NCBI RefSeq assembly: GCF_036522015.1
Contig: NZ_DATDGQ010000050.1
Location: 1 to 32,666, forward strand
Origin: Candidatus Binatus sp.
GTDB lineage: Bacteria; Desulfobacterota; Binatia; Binatales; Binataceae
DNA length: 32,666 nucleotides
Direction of reading: 5' to 3'
The translations under genes and the position numbers were made by a program. Positions 1 through 7,646 of the stretch are shown piece after piece. Each line of letters starts with the position of its first letter. Position 1 is the stretch's first letter. A model generated the notes under the pieces. It did not search any database and was not told where the DNA came from. It saw only the letters and a program-made list of their open reading frames with translations.

Positions 1-339
1 GGCGCCGAAGCGCCTGGATTCGCGCGCGCGCAAGCGCTCCAGGCGAATAGCAATCGGGACGTACGAAAATATCACCGAATCGAAAAACGGAACGATGGGA
101 CTACCCCAGCTGTCGAGCGATCCGCTCAGTACCCAGTCCGATCGATCGAGGAACACTTCGCGCATCAGCCGCAGTCGATCGGCGACCTCGCGCATTTCGC
201 GATAAGGCGGATTCGTTGGCCGCCAGAAATAATCGTCCGTGTCATGATGCGAGATCGCGAGCGCATCGGCCAACGCGCGGCCGAGACTTGTGACACCGGC
301 GCCAGAAGCTCCCGTGATGTGGATGCGGCAAGTCTTCAC
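1..339 (-). CDS. P-loop NTPase, adenylate-kinase / topology-modulation-like protein (5' part only; 3' end runs off the window)
   Basis: Absent from the ORF track because it has no stop in the window. The reverse complement of 339..1 is open throughout and reads VKTCRIHITGASGAGVTSLGRALADALAISHHDTDDYFWRPTNPPYREMREVADRLRLMREVFLDRSDWVLSGSLDSWG... It has a GTG start at 339 and a P-loop-like GASGAGVTS followed by a D-D-x-FW segment typical of small nucleotide kinases. The Walker-A lysine position is valine. Confidence 0.55.
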   Translation of the reverse strand, partial: MKTCRIHITGASGAGVTSLGRALADALAISHHDTDDYFWRPTNPPYREMREVADRLRLMREVFLDRSDWVLSGSLDSWGSPIVPFFDSVIFSYVPIAIRLERLRARESRRFGA

Positions 340-375
340 GGTCTAACTACCCGTGCATCGCGATGACTCAGTCGA

Positions 376-807
376 TCACATCGGTTCCAGAACGATCACG
401 GGAATCTGACGCGTGGTGGCCTTCTGATATTCGTTGAACGCCGGCATAAGCTTGGCCTGCGCGTCGAACAGGCGCTGACGTTCGGGATCCTTGGTAATAG
501 TAGCCTTGGCCTGGAATTTTTGGGTGCCGATCTCAATTGTGGTCGTCGGATGAGCCTTGAGATTGTGGTACCAGGCCGGATGTGTTGGGAAGCCGCCCTT
601 CGACGCGATTATCACGATTCGCGCGCCATCCCTCGTGTACACGAGCGGAGTGGTAAAGGGCTTGCCACTCTTCGCGCCGGTCGTCGTTAGCAGCAGCAGG
701 GGCGCGTTGACGAACGGGCCACTGATCGCCTTGCCGCCGTTGGCGCGAAACTCCTTGATCAAGCCCTGGTTGAATTCGTGCATTGCTTTTTCATTGAACT
801 CGGGCAT
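376..807 (-). CDS. deazaflavin (F420H2)-dependent oxidoreductase, DDN / nitroreductase-family split beta-barrel protein
   Basis: ORF track 376..843. Family hallmarks are FNQGLIKEFRANGGK, PLLLLTTTGAKSGKPFTTPLVY, VIIASKGG and HPAWYHNL. I moved the start to ATG 807, which has AAGGAG (complement of 814..819) 6 nt upstream and avoids the hairpin at 831..851. Confidence 0.8.
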   Translation of the reverse strand: MPEFNEKAMHEFNQGLIKEFRANGGKAISGPFVNAPLLLLTTTGAKSGKPFTTPLVYTRDGARIVIIASKGGFPTHPAWYHNLKAHPTTTIEIGTQKFQAKATITKDPERQRLFDAQAKLMPAFNEYQKATTRQIPVIVLEPM

Positions 808-830
808 GGTGGTCTCCTTTTTCTGCTTTC

Positions 831-875
831 CCTCTCCCTGCAAGGGAGAGGATGAAGGTCAGGGTCCGGGTTAGG
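831..875. repeat. REP/MITE-like element, left copy: 9-bp perfect hairpin CCTCTCCCT-gca-AGGGAGAGG (831..851) followed by GGTTAGG (869..875)
   Basis: Direct reading of the sequence. The architecture matches the inverted copy at 1024..1058. Confidence 0.45.
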
Positions 876-1023
876 ATGTCGCGTTCCGCGCAACCGATTA
901 TCCGCCTCGCCCGCCTCGGGAGAGGCCGCGCCGAAGGAGCGGGTGAGGGCTTTTACAGTGCGTTCTTTCCGCGCGGGATTCAAGATTCTTTTTCCGCAGA
1001 TAACTGAGTATGCCGACTGGCAA

Positions 1024-1058
1024 CCTAACCCCTAACCCCTTCCCATAGTGGGAAGGGG
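1024..1058. repeat. REP/MITE-like element, right copy (inverted): tandem CCTAACC CCTAACC (1024..1037) then 10-bp perfect hairpin CCCCTTCCCA-tag-TGGGAAGGGG (1036..1058)
   Basis: Direct reading of the sequence. CCTAACC is the reverse complement of the GGTTAGG in the left copy, and the hairpin has the same C/T-rich : G/A-rich composition. Confidence 0.45.
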
Positions 1059-1074
1059 AACCGGATGAAAAAAA

Positions 1075-2484
1075 TCAGATCTCGGGCCACTTGTTGTTCC
1101 ACGGGCGCGCTTGTTCGTACGCGTACGACGCTTGCAGCACGAGATCTTCACGATGGCGCTCGGCCACGATTTGCAGTCCGCATGGCAGGCCAGCGTCGGT
1201 AAGGCCCGCGCGCACCGACGCGCCGGGGTGGCCGCTCATGTTGAACGGATACGTGAAAACGACGGCATCGAGCGGATTTTTCAGCGGTTTGCCGTTGATC
1301 TCGGTCGGCATCGGACCCTTGGCGGGAAACGCCTCGGTCGGGAGCACTGGACACAGCAGCAGGTCGAAGCGCTCAAATACGCGTCGGCACCAATCGTTGA
1401 ACTCGCGGCGCCGCCGATACGCCGCACCCATGTGTTTCCACGTGACGCGAACCGCGCCCTCCGTGCCGGTAGCGAATGCGCGGCCGAAGTCATCGTGATG
1501 CTTGTCGAGCCATTCATGCAGCATCGCGTAACCCTGTCCCGCGCCGACTTGCATCCAGGCGCGGCCGGTGTCGGGCACCGGATCGTCGATAGTCGTCACG
1601 TCGTGGCCGAGGTCCTTGAAGACGGCGGCGGCTTTCGCAATTTCGCGCGCCACGTCGCTCTGCACGAGCTGGCCGAAGTCAGGATGAAACGCGATGCGAA
1701 GTTTTTTCGGCAGACCCTCGAGAATTGCCGCATAGGATATTCCCGGATGCGGCAGCGAGTCGGGATCGGCCGGGTGATACCCGACGACCGCGTCCATAAA
1801 GATCGCCGCGTCGCGCACGGTCCGCGTGATTGGACCGTGCACCGAGGTGTCGTTCCATCCTTGCATCCCGAACGTCGGATCGTTGGGAATTCTGCCGTAG
1901 TTCGGCTTCAGCCCGTAGCATCCGGTGTAACAGGCGGGGATTCGCACCGAGCCGCCTCCGTCGGAGCCGGTCGAAATCGGCACGACGCCGGCCGCGATAG
2001 CCGCCGACGTGCCGCCCGACGATCCGCCCGGCGTGCGCTCGAGATTCCACGGATTGCGCGTGGGCCCGAAGAGCAGGTTCTTGGTGAATGCGGTGTAGCC
2101 GAACTCGGGCGCGTTGGTCTTGCCGATCACGATCGCGCCGGCCGCCTTCAGCCGCGCGACCTGGATTGAATCGGACGTGGACAGGTTGTCCTTGAACGGC
2201 TTCGATCCATGGCTGTTCACCAGCCCGACCGTATCCTCCAGATCCTTGACGCCAAGCGGCAACCCGGCCAGCGTGCCGACCTTATCCCCGCGCGCGATCC
2301 TCTCATCAAGCGCGCGCGCCTCTTTCATCGCAGCGTCGGCGCGCAGCGCAACAAACGCATTGATCTTGGGATTAGTCTGTTCGATTCGCCTGATCGTCAC
2401 GTCCATCAACTCGCTCGGCTTGAGTTCGCGCTTGCGAATCATCGCAGCGAGTTCATGCGCCGGCTTCCAGTACAGTTCGGTCAT
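1075..2484 (-). CDS. amidase (amidase-signature family, GatA-like)
   Basis: 469-aa ORF containing the amidase signature block GGSSGGTSAAIAAG...GSDGGGSVRIPA and an upstream K (GVKD). GGAGG lies 9 nt upstream of ATG 2484. Confidence 0.9.
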   Translation of the reverse strand: MTELYWKPAHELAAMIRKRELKPSELMDVTIRRIEQTNPKINAFVALRADAAMKEARALDERIARGDKVGTLAGLPLGVKDLEDTVGLVNSHGSKPFKDNLSTSDSIQVARLKAAGAIVIGKTNAPEFGYTAFTKNLLFGPTRNPWNLERTPGGSSGGTSAAIAAGVVPISTGSDGGGSVRIPACYTGCYGLKPNYGRIPNDPTFGMQGWNDTSVHGPITRTVRDAAIFMDAVVGYHPADPDSLPHPGISYAAILEGLPKKLRIAFHPDFGQLVQSDVAREIAKAAAVFKDLGHDVTTIDDPVPDTGRAWMQVGAGQGYAMLHEWLDKHHDDFGRAFATGTEGAVRVTWKHMGAAYRRRREFNDWCRRVFERFDLLLCPVLPTEAFPAKGPMPTEINGKPLKNPLDAVVFTYPFNMSGHPGASVRAGLTDAGLPCGLQIVAERHREDLVLQASYAYEQARPWNNKWPEI

Positions 2485-2559
2485 GGGCGGATACCTCCCC
2501 GGGCAGGACGGAGCTGTCAGGGAAACTTACTACGATGAGGGCGGAGTTATAAAGCGAAA

Positions 2560-2727
2560 ATGGATTGTAGTACTCTGACGACCAGCCGATTCCTTAAGGA
2601 GCAGCGCGTCGTGGAAAAGATGCATTTTACCCGGATGGACCAGGGCAGCGACGAGGATTTTCAAATCCTGAAGCACGTCCATGAAAAGACGCTGGCCGAG
2701 CAAAAGCACTCTAGTTTGACTCCCTAA
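2560..2727 (+). pseudogene. short ORF resembling the N-terminus of an HD-domain (PhnZ-like) protein; probable gene remnant
   Basis: 55 codons, below the track cutoff: MDCSTLTTSRFLKEQRVVEKMHFTRMDQGSDEDFQILKHVHEKTLAEQKHSSLTP*. From memory, the FTRMDQxxxEDF(W)xI start resembles the N-termini of HD-domain oxygenases/phosphohydrolases of about 190 aa. The HD motif itself is absent, and the sequence after 2727 is AT-rich and non-coding. Confidence 0.3.
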
Positions 2728-2745
2728 CACACGTTAGATAGATTT

Positions 2746-3450
2746 TTGGCAGGCATAGTGAGAAGCGTTTCTAAATATTCGGGGGCGCGCGGCAGCGCGA
2801 AAGTCGTTGATCTGCGGCGGCCTACTGACACGCGCGATCGCGTGCTGCAGGTGGCGCAGGTCCTGTTTGCCGAGCGCGGTTATCGCGGCACCAGCCTGCG
2901 CGACATCGCCAAGAGAATCGGAATCAAGGCGCCTTCGCTCTTGCACCATTTTCCGTCGAAGCAGCAGCTCTACCTCGCGGTGCTCGACAAGATGTTCGAG
3001 AGTCTCGAGGACGCGGCCAACCGGATCGCGTGGGGGCGCGAAAGCCGGCAGGAGCGGATGCGCCAGGCGGTCGGCGACGCGCTCGATTTTATCGCGAGCC
3101 ATCCGGATTTCGTGCGCATCATGTGGAAGGAGATGGCCGACGAAAGCGGAGTCGGGCGGCAAGTCCTCAAACGTCGGTTGCCGCCGCTGTTTTCCACCGC
3201 GGTGAATTTTATTTTTCGCGGACAACGCGACGGCGAATTCCGCGCCGAAGTCGATCCGTTGCATTTCATGTGGAGCCTGAACTCGATCACGATTGGCTAC
3301 TTCACGACCGCGGCGATGATCCGGCGGCTGTGGAGCATGAACCTGCTCGAGCCCGCGATGATCGAGCGGCGCAAGCGCGAAGTGATCGACATGGTCGAGC
3401 GCACGCTGTTTACGACAGATGCACGGACACCCGAAAACACACGCGAATAG
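2746..3450 (+). CDS. TetR/AcrR family transcriptional regulator
   Basis: The N-terminal HTH RDRVLQVAQVLFAERGYRGTSLRDIAKRIGIKAPSLLHHFPSKQQLY is a classic TetR_N domain. The start is uncertain between TTG 2746 and GTG 2758. Confidence 0.85.
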   Translation: MAGIVRSVSKYSGARGSAKVVDLRRPTDTRDRVLQVAQVLFAERGYRGTSLRDIAKRIGIKAPSLLHHFPSKQQLYLAVLDKMFESLEDAANRIAWGRESRQERMRQAVGDALDFIASHPDFVRIMWKEMADESGVGRQVLKRRLPPLFSTAVNFIFRGQRDGEFRAEVDPLHFMWSLNSITIGYFTTAAMIRRLWSMNLLEPAMIERRKREVIDMVERTLFTTDARTPENTRE

Positions 3451-3476
3451 ATACTGAAAAAACAGGTACTGAAAAA

Positions 3477-4670
3477 ATGAAGTTGGGAACTTTTTATGAG
3501 CATCAGCTGCCGCGGCCGTGGAAAGAGGGCTCGGAGCTGAAGCTGTTCAAGGACGCGCTCGACCAGGTCGAGCTCGCGGATAAGCTTGGCATCGATCATT
3601 TGTGGGAAGTGGAGCATCACTTTCTCGAGGAATACGCGCATTCGTCGGCGCCGGAAATTTTTCTGGCGGCGGCCAGTCAGCGCACGAAGCAGATTCGGCT
3701 CGGTCACGGAATCACGCTGCTGCCGCCGGGATACAATCATCCGGCGCGCGTGGCAGAACGCATCGCGACGCTCGATTTGGTGAGCGGTGGACGCGTCGAG
3801 TTCGGCACCGGCGAATCATCGGCGGAGCTGGAACTGGGCGGATTCAACATTCCGCGCGCGGACAAACGCGAGATGTGGCAGGAGTCGCTCGGCGCGATTG
3901 CGCGGATGTTCGTCGAGGATCCTTTCCTGGGTCACGAGGGCAAGTACTTCTCGATGCCGGTGCGCAACGTGGTGCCGAAGCCGGTGCAGAAACCGCATCC
4001 GCCGCTGTGGGTCGCGTGCTCGCGGCGCGAGACGATTCACCTGGCGGCCAAGCTCGGAATCGGCGCGCTGACGTTCGCGTTCGTGTCGCCGGAAGAGGCG
4101 CGGCAGTGGGTAAACGACTACTACACGACGCTCGAGAACGAGTGCGAGCCGATCGGATACGCGATCAACGCGAACATCGCGATCGTCACCGGCTTCATGT
4201 GCGACGAGAACGCGGAGCTTGCGCACAAGATGGGCGAAGAGGGGCTGAAGTTTTTTTCCTACGCGCTCGGACATCATTATGCGTTCGGCAAGCACCAGCC
4301 GGGCAAGACCAACATCTGGAACAACTTCAAAGCAAGCCCGTTCACTTTGCCGGGCATGGACGGCACGAACTCATGCGTCGGATCGCCCGACCAGATTCGC
4401 ACCCGCTTGCGCGAATTCGAGGAAGCGGGCGTCGACCAGGTCGTGTTCATCTCCCAGGCGGGCAACAACAAGCATGAGGACATCTGCTCGTCTCTCAACC
4501 TGTTCGCGGAAAAGGTGATGCCGGAGTTCAAGGAGCGCGAACAAAACCGCGCGCATCAGAAGGCCGAGCGCATGGCGCCGATTCTCGAGAAGGCGATGAA
4601 GCGCAAGCCCGAGCCGAAAATTCCGAAGCACGACGGACCCACCGTCGTGCAGGCCGGGATGCTGGTATAA
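3477..4670 (+). CDS. LLM-class (luciferase-like) flavin/F420-dependent oxidoreductase
   Basis: This is the C-terminal 397 aa of ORF 3030..4670, starting MKLGTFYEHQLPRPW... Family-typical segments include DHLWEVEHHF, GRVEFGTGES, KPHPPLWVA and AGVDQVVF. The upstream 149 codons of the track ORF overlap tetR and are Arg-rich shadow sequence. Confidence 0.85.
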   Translation: MKLGTFYEHQLPRPWKEGSELKLFKDALDQVELADKLGIDHLWEVEHHFLEEYAHSSAPEIFLAAASQRTKQIRLGHGITLLPPGYNHPARVAERIATLDLVSGGRVEFGTGESSAELELGGFNIPRADKREMWQESLGAIARMFVEDPFLGHEGKYFSMPVRNVVPKPVQKPHPPLWVACSRRETIHLAAKLGIGALTFAFVSPEEARQWVNDYYTTLENECEPIGYAINANIAIVTGFMCDENAELAHKMGEEGLKFFSYALGHHYAFGKHQPGKTNIWNNFKASPFTLPGMDGTNSCVGSPDQIRTRLREFEEAGVDQVVFISQAGNNKHEDICSSLNLFAEKVMPEFKEREQNRAHQKAERMAPILEKAMKRKPEPKIPKHDGPTVVQAGMLV

Positions 4671-4687
4671 ATTCGCGACAACGGATG

Positions 4688-4720
4688 AAAGGCCGTCCCC
4701 GTGGGCGGCCTTTTTATTTT
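4688..4720. terminator. bidirectional rho-independent terminator between convergent genes
   Basis: AAAGGCCG-tccccgtggg-CGGCCTTT followed by TTATTTT. An A-run precedes the stem, so it could also serve the minus strand. Confidence 0.7.
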
Positions 4721-4727
4721 CGCGCCG

Positions 4728-5273
4728 TCAATCTTTGACCGGCTCCGTCGGCGCGGGGCCGACGCGGGTGAACGTCACCGGGAATCCATGGCAATCTTTT
4801 GGATTGACGAGTTCTTCGCGAAAATTACTCGCGTCGCTGACGATTATTCTTGCCTGAATCCATCGCGCCTGCAGGAATCCGTGCTCGGCGCAAATCTGAT
4901 CGGCAATCACGATGCCCGGCACGTTTGGATCAAGTCTTCCCTTCCACACGACCTGACCCGGCGGAATACTTTTGTTGCCGTCAACGAGAGTCGCAATGTA
5001 ATTGCGGCCGCGTAGCATCTGGTCGACGCCGATCACCACTCGCAGCGGACCGCCGGGATACGTGGCCATCCAGTTTCCATTGAGTAGCCGCGCTACGTTC
5101 ATCGGCGGCGGAGGCGGCTGCTCGGGTGCGGGCGGAGGCACTGGCATCGACGGTCCCGATGATTGTTGGAACGACTGCGAATTGCAGGAGGAAGTCAGGC
5201 ACGCGAACAGAAGCGCGAGCACCGCAACGAGGGCAGGCGAAGTTAGTGAGTAACGGCGGATCGGACGCGGCAT
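4728..5273 (-). CDS. hypothetical lipoprotein / secreted protein with a proline-rich linker
   Basis: The N-terminus MPRPIRRYSLTSPALVAVLALLFAC has a basic n-region, a hydrophobic core and a lipobox-like LFAC. It is followed by PVPPPAPEQPPPPP and then a globular part of about 120 aa. I recognise no family. Confidence 0.55.
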   Translation of the reverse strand: MPRPIRRYSLTSPALVAVLALLFACLTSSCNSQSFQQSSGPSMPVPPPAPEQPPPPPMNVARLLNGNWMATYPGGPLRVVIGVDQMLRGRNYIATLVDGNKSIPPGQVVWKGRLDPNVPGIVIADQICAEHGFLQARWIQARIIVSDASNFREELVNPKDCHGFPVTFTRVGPAPTEPVKD

Positions 5274-5379
5274 AGATTCCTCCAGCGGACGGATGGTCGC
5301 AGAGTATAGACTGCGCTGCGGCGCAGCACACTATGCCGCGAGGGACGAGGGCAGCAGATCGAGCGGGCGTCGCCGCTAG

Positions 5380-6579
5380 CTACATGAGTTGGTAAGCCCG
5401 TGCGACGTTTTCGCCGAGGATGCCGCGGCGTCCCGACTCCTTCATCGGCGCGATCATGCCCTTCAACTCCTCGAGATAGTTTCCCGGATGATCGGGATGC
5501 GGATAGTCAGTCGCCCAGAAAAATTTATCCTCGCCGACAATTTGCATCATAGCCGCAATAGTACGTTCGTCGGGATCGGCTGAGATGTAGCACTGGCGCT
5601 TGAAGTAGTATGACGGCTTCTCTTTGAGCCGGACTGTCGCACCGAGCGTGGTGCCGTTGAAGATAGCGTCGCCGCGATCGAGGAAGTAACCGATCCATCC
5701 GGCCTGCGACTCGAGCACTACGACGCGCAATTTCGGAAAGCGATCGAAAACCCCCAACTGAAAGAACGTGCCGAACGCATGTTGCACGCCCTGGCCCGCG
5801 AACAGATCGAAGTACCACGCGGCCCAGCTGAAATTGTCGTAGCGATGGTGGATGCCGAAGCTGGCCGGCTCGAAGGTCGGATGTATCGCGAGCGGGACGC
5901 CCAGATCCTGCGCTGCGGCGAAGACCGCGTCGTGACGCGGGTCACCGTGCGGGACGCGGGTGATGGTGAACGGGCAGACGAACGCGCCTTTGCATCCGTC
6001 CTTGACCGCACGCTCGAGCTCGCGCGCCGCTTCGGCGGGATCGCCGAGCGACAGATGCGCAATCGGGATCAAGCGTCCGCCGGAGTCGCGGCAAAAATCG
6101 GCGATCCAGCGGTTGTAGGCGCGGCAGTATGCGGCTGAAAGCTCCGCGTCGAAAAGTTCGGCTTCCCACAGCAGGCCGATTGTAGGATAGAGAATCGATT
6201 TCGCCATCCCCTCCTTGTTCAGCAGCTCGAGGCGTTCCTTCATCACCATGGTTCCGAAAGCTGCCCCCTTGAGGTAAGTGTTCTCGGGTTTCGGCGCGAG
6301 CATCCGCACTTGTTCGGGCTTGGCGTCGCCGCGCATCGCGCTCTCGCGCAGCTTGCGCGCGTCCTCGACCTTCTTGCCCATGCCGCCGAGCGAGCCGAGC
6401 AGTCCCGGCGCCGTCATCTTGGCGCGCTTGCGATCTATTTCGAGATACTCGAAGCCGTCATCGCCGACGCGAATGCGCATCGCGCGCTCGCGATACTTTG
6501 GGTCGAGATACTTTTCCCAGAGATCGGGCGGTTCGAGGATATGTCCGTCGCAATCGATAATCAGTTCTTCGGTTTTCAT
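5380..6579 (-). CDS. amidohydrolase-2 family metal-dependent hydrolase/decarboxylase (ACMSD-like TIM barrel)
   Basis: ORF 5380..6603. Typical segments are IIDCDGHILEP, PDLWEKYLD and the C-terminal FWATDYPHPD. I moved the start to ATG 6579, which has GGAG 8 nt upstream. Confidence 0.8.
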   Translation of the reverse strand: MKTEELIIDCDGHILEPPDLWEKYLDPKYRERAMRIRVGDDGFEYLEIDRKRAKMTAPGLLGSLGGMGKKVEDARKLRESAMRGDAKPEQVRMLAPKPENTYLKGAAFGTMVMKERLELLNKEGMAKSILYPTIGLLWEAELFDAELSAAYCRAYNRWIADFCRDSGGRLIPIAHLSLGDPAEAARELERAVKDGCKGAFVCPFTITRVPHGDPRHDAVFAAAQDLGVPLAIHPTFEPASFGIHHRYDNFSWAAWYFDLFAGQGVQHAFGTFFQLGVFDRFPKLRVVVLESQAGWIGYFLDRGDAIFNGTTLGATVRLKEKPSYYFKRQCYISADPDERTIAAMMQIVGEDKFFWATDYPHPDHPGNYLEELKGMIAPMKESGRRGILGENVARAYQLM

Positions 6580-6617
6580 AGTACTCACTCCCACACTGGT
6601 CATTAGTCACTGAGTAA

Positions 6618-7544
6618 TCAGAAGATCGCGAGCGGATTTACCGGAGAAGCGGTGCCACGCTCTAGAATCAATGGAGCCATCGAGAACATGAACTCATTGC
6701 GGCCCAACTTTGCGCAAGTCGATGACACCGCGTCGAGGTCGGCGTTATCGATCAGATGTATGCCCATCGCGACCAGCGTGCCGACGTGAATCGGAAGCAT
6801 GATACCGTCGTAGCCGCTCGGCGCGACGTCGCTGACTGCATCGCAGCCAAGCACCGCGATACGCCGCTCGTGGAGCCATGGCAGGCATGCGGCGTCGAGA
6901 CCGGGGAGTCCGACGCGCATCGGGTCCCATCCACCTTTGACCTTGCGCATCGCGGCGCGGCCGGTGCGAATCATCAGCACATCGCCTTCCTCGACATGAA
7001 CCTTTCGCGCTTTCTCGGCGGCGTCGAGATCCGCGGGCAGGATCTTTTCACGGGGTTCCATCCATTGGATCTTTTTAAGGAGAGGCAGGTCGAGCAGGAC
7101 GCCGCGGCTGACGACACCGTCGCGAGTGACGTCGATCGCGCACTTCTTCGCGCCATGCGATCCTACTTCACTGGCGTCGAAGCCGTTGTACATTTTGTTG
7201 TTCCAGAAAACGTGACAGAGCGCGTCGAGATGAGTATTCGCCATTCCATGCGGCGCGATCGCGAAGTAGTCACCGGCGTAGGGCAGCGCCTGCTCGTGCG
7301 AGTCGTGGCCCGCCTGCACCATCAAGTGAGTCACGGGAGACGGATTGTCGGGCGCGGGAATTGTCGCGAGCGGCAGCGCCATCGAGACGCACTCGCCGGT
7401 TTGCACGAGGCGGGCGGCGGCCGCGCGTTTCTGATTGGTGATGAAGTTGAGCGCGCCGCGCTGGTCTTCCTTGCCCCAGCGTCCCCAGTTGCTGAGCTTC
7501 TCGAACATCCCTTTCACGTCCGAAGGCGTAAGTTTGTCCGCCAT
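6618..7544 (-). CDS. cyclase family protein (kynurenine-formamidase-like fold)
   Basis: The N-terminus NWGRWGKEDQRGALNFIT and the metal motif HGMANTHLDALCHVF (HxGTHxDxxxH-like) support the call. GGGAGAG lies upstream of ATG 7544. Confidence 0.8.
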   Translation of the reverse strand: MADKLTPSDVKGMFEKLSNWGRWGKEDQRGALNFITNQKRAAAARLVQTGECVSMALPLATIPAPDNPSPVTHLMVQAGHDSHEQALPYAGDYFAIAPHGMANTHLDALCHVFWNNKMYNGFDASEVGSHGAKKCAIDVTRDGVVSRGVLLDLPLLKKIQWMEPREKILPADLDAAEKARKVHVEEGDVLMIRTGRAAMRKVKGGWDPMRVGLPGLDAACLPWLHERRIAVLGCDAVSDVAPSGYDGIMLPIHVGTLVAMGIHLIDNADLDAVSSTCAKLGRNEFMFSMAPLILERGTASPVNPLAIF

Positions 7545-7646
7545 GATATTCTCTCCCGAAAAGCAGGGTGACTGGAAACCCGTATAGCACGTCCGGCGGC
7601 GACCCTGTCAATTTGAACGATCGGTATGTGTTCGCAGGAGTGAGAG

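Noticed and set aside
759-983. 74-aa minus-strand ORF in the DDN-amidase spacer
   Set aside because: It is the translation of the REP/MITE-like GC-rich elements (PNPDPDLHPLPCRERE). It overlaps the DDN 5' end and is a typical false-positive hypothetical.
1031-1040. Telomere-like CCCTAA/CCTAACC tandem
   Set aside because: There are only two copies, and they are embedded in the REP/MITE-like element. Nothing suggests a linear replicon end.
1111-2169. 352-aa ORF on the plus strand opposite the amidase
   Set aside because: It is an Arg/Ala/Gly-rich shadow ORF of the kind high-GC DNA produces antisense to real genes. It has no recognisable motif, and the opposite-strand amidase carries a clear family signature.
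2530-2730. 66-aa minus-strand ORF between the amidase and tetR
   Set aside because: I recognise no motif. The plus-strand frame of the same DNA gives a more protein-like N-terminal fragment (the HD-like remnant). Neither is well supported as a functional gene.
3030-3476. N-terminal 149-codon extension of the LLM ORF, overlapping tetR
   Set aside because: It lies out of frame over a well-supported TetR gene and is Arg-rich. The LLM homology begins at MKLGTFYE (ATG 3477).
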